From: Heteronotia binoei
Taxonomy: Eukaryota
Length of the DNA: 64,000 bases
Reading direction: 5' to 3'
Assembly: GCF_032191835.1 (NCBI RefSeq)
Contig: NC_083225.1
Location: 48,546,001 to 48,610,000, forward strand
In this document: one piece after another, positions 12,200 to 22,118 of the stretch
How positions within the stretch are numbered: the stretch's first letter is position 1
Layout of the letters: every line of letters begins with the position of its first letter
Program-made: the position numbers and the translations under genes
The notes under the pieces: generated by a model
Told to the model about the DNA's origin: nothing
Databases searched by the model: none
Seen by the model: only the letters and a program-made list of their open reading frames with translations

Positions 12200-13230
12200 T
12201 AGAAGGACAGTAGAGGCTACACTGGTCCGGCCGCAGATTCCGCCAGGCGCTGCCCGGAGGACGGGGAGGGCACTGGGCATGGCTTTTGCCAGCCAGAGCC
12301 CAGAGGAGGTGGCCGGCCCCTCTGCTGCTTAGAAGTGGGTGTGTAAAGGGGTGGGGGCGGAGTGGCTTTGGGCGGAGGGCGGGCGAAGAGGTGCTTGAGC
12401 CTCACCAGACCAGAGAGCGGAGGGGGTCTACCCGCTTTCCCCTGCGCAGCCCCGGGCCCCTCTTCCTCCTCCCTGCTGGCACAAGGCAGGTTCCTGCTTT
12501 TGCGGCCCTTGCCAGAATGCCAGCTGGACTTTTTTGCTCTCTTTTCCCTCCCAGGCGACCACGCAGCCAGTCACTGGCTCTGCTCTGCTCCCTGGGCTGG
12601 GTGGAACATAGGGAGAGGGGGCTTTGCAAACCTGGGAGGAGTCAAGTCCACTTTCCGCTCCCTGCCTGGGCGACTCTCCAGTCCCCCGGGGACTCAGAGC
12701 TTCCTTTCCTGCCTCCTGGGAGCACCCCCACCTCTGCCTCGCAGGCTGGCCCGGACCCGCCTGATCCAGCATGGCTTCTCTTATGTTCTTATGCCAGTTA
12801 AAGGGCCCGATGATCAGCTGATTGGCACGCCCTTTAACTGGCCCACTGGAGGCTGCTTCTGCCACCCACCCAGCGCAGGATTTGGGTGATGGGGAAGGGA
12901 GGGCAGCAGCGACGAGAGTGGCAAGGAGGAAAGAGAAGAGCTCTCATCGTAGCTGCCCTCCCTTCCCCGCCGCTCAAATAGCAGGCGGGGCACTTTAACT
13001 CACAGGGAGAGGCTGGGGGCTGCTTCTGCTGCCAGCCCCATGCTCTATTTGAGTGGCGCTCTCGTTTGCTGCTCCCCTCCTTTCCCCATCGCCCCAATTG
13101 TGTGTGGGGTGGGCGCCGGGCGGTACTTTGATTTGAAGGGTGTGGGAGGAAAGGCTATGCGGTGGGGCTGCTGAGTGCCCCCCAAAACTTTAGAGGCTCC
13201 CCAACCTTCCTTATCCTAGCTAAAGCCCTG
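12200..13230. mobile_element. GC/CpG-rich non-autonomous element with one hAT-like terminus
   Basis: Right end cctagctaaagccctg (reverse complement CAGGGCTTTAGCTAGG) resembles the CAGGGGCGTAGCTAGG terminus at 20469; left TIR not found; left boundary approximate. Confidence 0.5.
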
Positions 13231-13261
13231 CTAAGGTCACTGAATCCCTAGAGAACGCTAA

Positions 13262-14070
13262 TGCTCATAACACAGAAATTAGCACTAAAGAAAGGTTAAG
13301 GTTTTTTATTAAAGTAACAAAAAGCAGTCAGAGGTTAAAACAATCATTAAGGTGCAATACAGAAAATAAAAACATCATACAAATAACTAACTAAACAGTA
13401 ATTAGACAGGCAGAAATTTACCATGTGAGACGATAGACTTATCTCTTCATCCGAGGGCACTTTGACATCTTTGAAGAATGGCCAGGGGGAGTGGTGGGGC
13501 AGCAAGCCTGTTCCATTCCACACTCCTCCGCACTCAAACCTTCTGTTGGTACCTTGTTATAGGATTCCTGGCCTCCATAGGTATTCCGGACTACCAATGG
13601 GAACCAAGATCTGATTACCAGATGACTTGACAGAGATTTTGACAGTTCCATTCAGGGCTTTTTTAGTAGAAAAAACTATTTGCATATTAGGCACACCCCC
13701 TGGCATCACCATTGTTTCACACAGGACTTTGTTGTAGAAAAAGCCCAGCAGGAACTTACTTGTATATTAGGTCACACCCCCTGACACCAAGCTAGTCGGA
13801 GCGGCATTCCTGTGAGTTCCTGCTCAAAAAAAGTCCTGACTCCATTCGATTACTAGCGGGTTAGAGCAAGTGTAATGTTTTTCCCAATTCCACAAAGGTC
13901 CAGTTAACATATCTCTGCAGGTGAAGGGAATCAAAGGCACTTTGCCTAGCAACCTGGATCTTAAAGGGACTCTCCCCACCTGCTATTGATTTACACACCC
14001 TAAGTCATAAAGCCTGATTTGGGGCTCAGGGCTCATGAAAAGGCCAAGACCAGAAGGCCTTTTCATGACA
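13262..14070 (-). mobile_element. Possible solo LTR interrupted by a MITE
   Basis: Minus strand begins TGTCATGA and ends ..TTATGAGCA, with AATAAA near its 3' end (tttatt at ~13305-13310); no TSD found. Confidence 0.3.
13653..13838. mobile_element. hAT MITE, CAGGGCTTTTTT family (octamer-bearing)
   Basis: TIRs cagggctttttt/aaaaaagtcctg; TSD GTTCCATT/ACTCCATT. Confidence 0.85.
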
Positions 14071-15703
14071 GAGCATATCTCCTTGCTGCAATTAAATCTG
14101 TCTGGTCATACCTTTATATATCGATAGTTTCATACTTTTTCTTTATGTCCTGGCAGATGTAATATGTGCAATAATCTATAGTTTACTGAATTTTTTGTGT
14201 TCTTCTTGAAGATGAGCTAGCGGTCTTCAAAGAGCTTACAAGTTTAACATGTGGTTCTAATGTTTGATGGGTTCAATACATGGGGTTGGATCCCTCGATC
14301 TGTGGCTGCAAAGACAGGATCTTCTCTGCCTAGGCTTATCATTTACCCACTGTCAGTGAGCAATCCCCTGCCCTCACTCTCAATCCATTGATGATTTGGG
14401 ATACAGAAGAAAAATGGGAAAGTAGCATTGAGGGTGAAGTTCTAGGAATTCTCCCCTCCCCCACCATCACTATGGTAAGGACAATAGAGATTGGAGGAGT
14501 TCCTAAAGCACCACCTGGGAGTGATGTCACATCCTCTGTTAAACATCTTCATTATGCTGTATGATAATTTACTGCTCAGCCCTCTACCTGTATTGCCCAT
14601 TGGAACTTACGAGTATAGAATTGGTATTAAAAACTATGAAAGGTGTTCCATTCATATAATGGGTTTTGTCCCTGCCTGTTCTTCCAGCTGCCCCCACAGC
14701 TGTGCTGCAGGGCCAAGAGACCCTCAGGAATGGCTGGGGATGTGGGAGGGAGAGTGCATCTGGCTTTAAGAGCTGGTAGAAATCACTGAGGAGTGGAAAC
14801 ACCTTGTGAGTTCTTTGGATCCAACTCTAGAATTTTTACAGTGGTCAGAGACAGAAAGAACAGGGGAGCAAAAATGGCAAGAAATTAATATAAGCAAAAA
14901 CAGCTGTAAGCATGTGGAATTCATTTTCTTTTGAGATAGGGATTAATATGTTAAACCAAACAAATTACAGTAAAGATGATATTTTGAAGAAGAATCTAGA
15001 AAAAAAATTATATAGCTCCTTCTGGTTTCAGAACCATGACCAAGAGGCCAGTGGGTAAATATGTAGTTGTAATATTAGACAGCATATGTCAAATACTAAT
15101 TCAATATGAAGATCCTGTTATGTGAGCTGCAAGTATCCCATTGGGTATTTGGCAAATAGCGGATCTTGAAAGCATTGTGGGCATCAACTAAATGGATCTT
15201 GGCATTTGAAGCAATAATTCAGGGTGTCTGATGGAAAGCACACATGAAAATTTCAGCATTCCTCTCGTTTCTGTCCCCACCCCAATTTGTGTGTAACAAA
15301 TGCATTTGATACCCTGTTGCCCTTAGCTGGGCACACTGCAATCCATAATGATGAAATAATTACCAGTTAAGCTTGATTCACAATAACAAATGTGGTTCTT
15401 CTTTAGATTTTAAAAAGGTGGTTAAAATGTCATAAAACAGTTCATCTCAGAAGTAGTGAAGGGTTAGGCAGACAGCAGAATTAGAATCAAAGAGAGGAAT
15501 ACAAAATAGTTTTCAGGAAAGTCAGTAAACAAGATGTTTTGAATTTACAAGCAACAGCAGAAAAGCTGCTATTGAGCACATCACTGTGTCTTTACACACT
15601 CTTGCACAGTGTTTGTGGAACAATGCCGTGACTACTTGCTTGCCACTTGTGGGTCTGTGAATCTAATCCATTACAAGGTTTAAGGCAAGGATCTTAAGAA
15701 TTA

Positions 15704-16210
15704 CCGTATTTTTCGGACCATAAGACGCACTCCCCCCCCAAAAAAAAAGCGGGGGGGGGGGAAAGTGTGTGCGTCTTATGGAGGGAAGGTACCTTCCTCG
15801 AGGGGGGGGCGATCCGTTGCCTCCGCCTCTGATCCCGGCGCTTCCCCCGCACCTGCCTGCCTGGCTCCACGCTGCCCCCACCGCAAACCCAGCGAGCGCT
15901 GTCTGCAGAGAGGGCAGCGTGCTTCCTCCGTGCCTGTCTGCCTGGCTCCAGCTCTGACGCTTACAGCAAGCGCCAGGATCGCTCCCTCTGCCCTCCGATC
16001 CCAGCGCTTGCTTTAAGCATCAGAGCTGGAGCCAGGCGGACAGGCACGGAGGAAGCACCCACCCCCTCCACAAACCCAGCGCTTTGCGAGCGCCAGCTGT
16101 GGAGGGGGCAGCGTGCTTCCTCCGTGCCTGTCTGCCTGGCTCCAGCTCTGATGCTTACAGCAAGCGCCAGGATCGCTCCCTCCGCCCTCTGATCCCAGCG
16201 CTTGCTTTAA
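15704..16210. mobile_element. Truncated Tc1/mariner (Tc2/pogo-like) non-autonomous element with internal fold-back repeats
   Basis: TA followed by CCGTATTTTTCGGACCATAAGACGCAC, a typical Tc2/pogo-type terminus; CpG-rich interior with 63-bp inverted arms; no right TIR. Confidence 0.7.
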
Positions 16211-17810
16211 ACTCTAATCAGATGTTAAGGCAAAAACACTCCATGCAGGTATGGACAGGCTTTGGTCAGTGTAATCCCTCCCCCCCTCACCCAGTTAATC
16301 CTTGGAATTCAATAACTGAACTTGTAGAAACTATCATGGGTATGTTTTGTGCCTCATAGTAGTTGCTTCCCAAACACCTTCCAGAAAACCATGTAATGTT
16401 AGACATTTATGCCCACTTTTCTCCCCAATGGAATCCCAAAACTGCTTATTGTCCCTTCTTTCATTTTATCTCTGCAATGACTAACTTGTGAGTTGGGTTA
16501 GGCTGAAAATGAGTGATTGGCCTTCATTTATTTATTTATTTTGTTGGATTTATATCCCGCCCTCCCTGCCAAAGCAAGATCATTGTAATAGGCCTTCCCT
16601 GTCTCAAATTAGTAACTTCTACACATGAGATTTTCTCATGCTAGAGTAACGGAAAATAAAACTAAAATAAAAAATGAAACAATGGACTCCAGTTCATTAA
16701 TGTTTATCAAGCTACAAACCAGTTTACAGTTATCATAAACATTTATCAAAAGAAAATGTGAATCTTCTCTTGATTTTTCCCCATTTTTGAGTGTATACAA
16801 TCATATATTTATATCTGATGTCCCCATGGAAAATGCAAAGTTTGAAAGTTAACCTGCAGCTTCTGATTATGGCTACTGCTCCATTAAAGTCCCAATTTTG
16901 TTTTATGCAGATTATGGCAACTATCTATAAGCATATGCAAACAATACATAATATAGTTTATGAAACTGCTTGGAATTTAAGCTGACTAAAGTACTCTAGA
17001 GTGTGCCAGTACATCTACACATTAGTGCATGTGGATACCACCAACTAATCTGCAGACAATTTTCTTTTCTTTTTTTCATGATATTGCAGAAGCAGTGAGT
17101 GTTTCATAAGTGCATCAGTCCATGTTGGGATGTTTTAAAAGCATGTGCCCTTAAGCATCTAATGGAAACATTATAAACTGCAGCCCACATATGACAATCC
17201 TTAGGCAGGGTTATGAATAAAGACAGCCTGCTGGAGAAAGCCCTCCAGGGTGGAGGAGAAAAATAAATTATTTTCCTAGTTATACATTTTTCCTTGGGTC
17301 AAAATGTCAGCTACTTGTTAATTGAACGTCAATGGAATATTGCCAGAGTCAAACTATTGGGAACTGTATCCAGAAGATAGATCCAAGTGGGCAGCCGTGT
17401 TGGTCTGAAGCAATAGAACAAAGCAACTTGTCTACTGCTTGTATCCAAAAGAGGCTTGCAAAAGCAGAATATCTATATTTAGATTCGCTATTGTTTCCCC
17501 CCCTGACCCCAATCTCATTCCTTCAACAACAACCTGACATCTTGAGATACAGCAAGTGAAACTTCATCCATTCCTTCCATTCACAGGAGGAGGTTGCCAG
17601 ACAAAATATTTAGCTCAGAGAACAGGCAGTTTTATGCATGTTTTACTTGCCAGATCCAAAATATTCATGCCATTTTAAAATCCAAGAGATGCTGCTCATT
17701 GCATAGTCCCTGAGCTCTCCATCTCAGCCATATCCTTATCTGTAAAAATAAACTGGGAAAGTGTGAAATATCCCACAAAACTAAACTTTTACTTTTTAAC
17801 AAGGGTATGT

Positions 17811-18397
17811 TCTCCTCTTTCACCCTCAACAAGAGGTTCTTTAGGTCCTCCTCACTTTCTGTCATTAGAGTGGAACCATATGCATATCTGAGGTTGTTGA
17901 TGTCTTTCCTGGCAATCTTAATTCTGGCTTCTGCTTCATCCAGGCCAGCATTCCCATGATACACTCTGCATATAAATTAAACAAGCAGGATGACAATATA
18001 CATCCTTATCGAACTCCTTTTCCTATTCTAAACCAATCAGTTGTTCCATATCCCGTTCTGACCGGTGCTTCTTGATCCTTATACAGGTTTCTCAGGAGAC
18101 ATGTGAGGTGGTCTGGTACTCCCATCTCTTTAAGGACTTGCCACAGTTTGTTGTGATCCATACAAAGGCTTTAGCATAGTCAATGAAACAGAAATAGACA
18201 TTTTTCTGATACTTCCATGCTTTCTCCATAATCCAGCGAATGTTGGCAATTTGATCTCTAGTTCCTCTACCTCTCCAAAACCCAGCTTGAACTTCTGATC
18301 GTTCCCAATCTACATACTGCTGAAACCTATCTTGTAGGATCTTTAACATGTCCTCAACATAAAAAAAACTAAGATCATGGCATCCAGCCCTATCACA
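17811..18397 (-). mobile_element. RTE-BovB LINE fragment: RT region on minus strand (17811-18350) joined to a sense-orientation continuation (18353-18397)
   Basis: Translation KILQDRFQQYVDWERSEVQAGFWRGRGTRDQIANIRWIMEKAWKYQKNVYFCFIDYAKAF is characteristic of BovB RT; + strand ctcaacat..aagatcatggcatcc is the next BovB segment. Confidence 0.92.
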
Positions 18398-18409
18398 CCA
18401 TTTCATCAA

Positions 18410-19344
18410 AAGGAGCTGAAAATCCTGAGCTTCTCACAATTCAAAAGTATTCCAACTTATAAATAACAAGATAAGTCTTAAGCAGAATTTAGACGCCGGG
18501 GCTCTAGAGCATTCATTTTAAAAATAAGAGCAGCCTCTTCCCTAAGTAAGATCTTTTGAATCTCGTCTTGTGTTTTATTTACTCCTTGATATTTATACAA
18601 AACCTCACGTCCCTTTCAGTATGGTTTTTGAACATAAAATGTTCTGTGAGAGGAGCTTCTAAATTTTTTAAGCGAAATCGAGATTGGTGCTCCAGGATCT
18701 GGACCCTTACATGTCTCGTAGTATTGCCTATGTAAATTCTTGGACAGCCACACAGGATCGCGTACATGACATTGCATGACAAACAGGAACTAAAATGTCT
18801 TAATTTAATTTTAATGTCACTGGTAGGGTATACAAATTCTTTAGTTTGTATCACTAAAGGGCAGACCTTGCACCTGCCGCAAGGAAAATTTCCAATCATC
18901 GACTCAGTGCTGGCTTGTTCATTGCTCTTGTCCTTTTTAAAGTCTGAATGTACAATTAAATCCCTTATACTGTGGATTCTCCAAAGCCCTATATAAGGTT
19001 TCACATCTTGACACGTCACTCAACAGGTGCCAATGTTTATTGATAACAGATCTGATTTTATTTGACAATGGAGTGTAGTCAAAGGCACACGTTAGTTGTT
19101 CTCCCTGCCTATCTTCCCAATTCTTAAAAAGACATGTTCTAGGCACAAAGTTTGCTTTCCTGACGGCTTCTTCCACAACTGTGGTTGGAAAGCCTCGTTT
19201 CACAAAATCCTGAGCCGGATCACCTCTATCTCTCCTATAGTTTCCTACTTCTGTTGAATTACATTTAATTCTCAACATCTGGCTATAGGGAAGGCTCCTA
19301 TAGAAATGTAAGGGATGAAAGAACGATAATGAAGAAAAGAGCAT
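18410..19344 (-). mobile_element. Penelope-like element 3' part (end of RT/thumb, Cys-rich linker, GIY-YIG endonuclease), frameshifted
   Basis: FVKRGFP, PCGRCKVC, NVMYAILCGCPRIYIGNTTR..QILEH and terminal ALIFKMNALEPRRLN match the PLE GIY-YIG architecture. Confidence 0.85.
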
Positions 19345-19982
19345 TTCTCTAGTGGTTTTTTGTAAAGTCGCACTGCCAGTTGATTTTTAGATGTTCTGTA
19401 AATAGTGACGTCCAAGAACGGTAATTCAAAGTTGTCCCTTTTGCCTGTAAATTTAATTGTGGTGTTCTATTCCACATGGCTTTCTCTGTCCCCCTCCTCT
19501 CCGCCTGCTGCTTTTGCTGCTGCAATGCCCTATGCCCTGCTCAGCTTTCCCAGCTTCAGCTGCCACTGATGATGCTTCAGTGGCTCAGCCACGAGGAGGA
19601 GGAGGCTGCAACCCAGAGGGCCCCTGGAAGTCAGGAGCCCCACCTGGAAGTTGGGGCAAGGCCTCCATAGCCCCTGCTCCCTCGTGGTTACAGGCTTCAG
19701 CCAGCCTGTCAGGGAAGCTTGGGCAAGCTCTCTCCTACACTGGAAAGCAGAGAGTGGAAAATTTACTGGGGCAGCTCTGATGACCAGGAAGTAGTAACAT
19801 GAACAACAAATAGATCATCATTGTGTAGTAGAGTTTGGTTGCTTAGGAGGCAGACAAGGAAATACAACTCCCAGATAAGATATATTAGCTTTGCTCACTC
19901 CTAAAATGAAATTTGGGCTTTAGAAGTGGCAATATGGCCAAGGAGGCCATATTCATCTTGTCTGTCTTATTTTAGATATGAA

Positions 19983-20130
19983 CAGGGGTCATTTTGTAGA
20001 AAAATAGGTGGTGGAGCTCATCCAGGGATTGTTATGCAGCTGCACCTACTATTCAATGGACAAGGAGGTGGAACTCTCAGAAAGGTTCAGGAGCTGTGCT
20101 CCTGTGAGCTCCCACTGAATCTGAGGCCTG
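19983..20130. mobile_element. 148-bp hAT MITE (CAGGGGTC...GGCCTG family)
   Basis: Perfect 8-bp TSD GATATGAA (19975-19982, 20131-20138). Confidence 0.9.
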
Positions 20131-20213
20131 GATATGAACATGTAATAAGAGGGTAATGATAGGGGCTGCTCAATTCCTAGTGAGAGGTTGTTCTTTTTTT
20201 TAAAGCAACAATG

Positions 20214-21706
20214 CTGGGTTGCCAATCCCCAGTTGCGGGCAGGGGATCCCCCAGTTTGGAGGCCCTTCCCCCACTTTAGGATCATCAGAAAGGGGGGGAG
20301 GGAAATGTCTGCTGGGTACTCCATTGCACCCTATGGAGACTGATTCTCATAGGGTATAATGGATAACTGATCCATGGATATCTGGAGCTGGAGGTGGGCT
20401 GGTTTTTTTGTTTTAGATAGAGGCACCAAATTAGTAGCATAGCATCCAGTGCGTCTTCTCAAAACACCCAGGGGCGTAGCTAGGGCTTTGGGGGCCTGGG
20501 GCCCAAGATTTATGTGGGCCCCCCTATGTGTGTGCACGCTGCCAGAAACAGTGAATCCAGTGAATTAGACTGGGACTGCGTTCCTGCTAAAAAAAAAAAA
20601 AAAGCCCTGTGCTCACGCTCATTTTTAAAAGTACCATTTTGCACATGCTCAGAGGCACCCCAGCCCTCCGTCGCGTTAAACAGCCGAAGGATCATATGCT
20701 CAGAAGCACTCTCATTTTTAAAAGGGATTTAGCGCCTCTGAGCATGTGCTGAAGGGGGCCTCCCCAGCGCCGTAAAGAAAAAGGCGATCCGCGTGCCTCT
20801 GCGCTTGTGCAGAGTGTCTCAATCGACACCTGAAGAAAAAAGCCAAGGACGAGAGAAGCGGCAGCATGGAAGGCCTCCACGCCAGTTTCTCCAGCCCCCG
20901 GCGCCGTCTGCTGGGCAGGGCAGGGCGGGCCGGACAGCCGAGCCCGTGAATTGGCACCCCCCCCGCCCCCCAGCTGCACCACACCCCTCGCGGGCATGCG
21001 GAGAGGGGAGGGGGAGGAGGAGGCAGCGGCCCGCCCGCCCGCGGTTGAGCAAGTGTGCAGCATCCCCGGGCACTTCCAACGGGGCGGGAGAGCTGAGCCA
21101 ACTGCCTGCCCGCAGCGCCTGCCTGCCTTTCGCTCTCGCCTCCAGTCCTCGCCGGGAAAGCTGCTCCATCGTGGGAACGCCAGCTGGCCCGCTCTGCCGG
21201 AGACAGCCCAGCAGCCTCGACGGCCGGCAGTTGCCCCACCCGGGCCCTCTCCAGCCCAGCCAGCGCGCGTCCTTCCCGGCGCAGCCTTTGCGCAAAGCAG
21301 CCCCGGTGCCGTCTTCCAGCCCCCTCGACGGCCATGCGTTTCCTGGCGCTGCTCCTCCTCGTCGTCCGCCTGGCCCGACGGGATCCCCCTTGGCAATGCG
21401 AGGCCCCCCAGACCTGGAGCGACCCGCCCCCTCCCTACACCACTGAAAACACCCCCAAGTTTTAAAAAGATTGGACCAGGGGGTCCAATGTTACGAGCCC
21501 CAAAAGAGGGTGCCCCTGTGTTTCATTATTTTCAAATGGTGAAAAGGCATTTAAAAGGCACTATTTTCAAATGGTGGAAAGGCATTTAAAAGGACAATGT
21601 GATGGCCAAAAGTTCCTTCAGAGTTCAATTATGCTGGTCACACCCTTGCTCCTAACTTCACCCCCAAAGTCCCCAGGTATTTCTTGAGTCGGAGCTGGAA
21701 ACCCTA
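20214..21706. mobile_element. TAGGGTTGCCAA long-form hAT MITE (reverse of the 4349 copy), split by a nested insertion
   Basis: 20214-20468 and 21446-21706 are colinear with the reverse complement of 4349-4837; degenerate TSD CAACAATG/AAACAATA. Confidence 0.85.
20469..21445. mobile_element. Young 977-bp GC-rich non-autonomous hAT element (CAG(G/T)GG(C/T)GTAG termini)
   Basis: Termini CAGGGGCGTAGC / CCCTACACCACTG; perfect 8-bp TSD AAAACACC (20461-20468, 21446-21453); CpG-rich; no transposase similarity recognised. Confidence 0.88.
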
Positions 21707-22118
21707 AAACAATATGCTTCCATTAATTCTTACTCTTCTCTATAAATGCATTGTCTTTGAAGTGATGCCTGTGTCCACCCAGAGAGGCACAGACAAGATG
21801 AGGAACCAGCAGTCCTCTAGCCTTCCTACAATTCTCCAAAGTGTTTCAAGTACATCAGTGGGGACAACAAAGATGATATAGGAGTGAAAAGCAGTGCGGT
21901 GAAAACAGATCTCTTAGTACATGGGCAGTGTGCTTTAAGTGTGTCTGTATGTGGATGGGCATGTATGATCATATGTATTTTGTTCCTGGTAGAAGTGGGA
22001 TTTGTGAGCAGATAGCTTGAAATGGTGTTGAGCTGGGGTTTGATGACTGGCCAGGAGCTTGCAAATGTAAAAAGAAAGTTTGGAAATATCTGCTTAAGAA
22101 TCAATACCACAACCATGT

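Noticed and set aside
12200-12223. TAGAAGGACAGTA and GGCTACACT, both present in the pBR322/pUC origin
   Set aside because: Short, in permuted order, with no extension into flanking vector sequence; chance match rather than contamination
12217-13097. Multiple overlapping 60-175 aa ORFs
   Set aside because: Low-complexity Pro/Arg/Gly translations on both strands of a GC-rich repeat; no recognisable domain
14688-14805. Exon-like segment with good acceptor and gtgagt donor
   Set aside because: Stops in all three frames and no similarity to GRK1, ATP4B or other proteins I recognise
20692-21589. Five overlapping 158-234 aa ORFs
   Set aside because: All lie in the GC-rich nested hAT element; no transposase or other motif; typical stop-poor GC artefact
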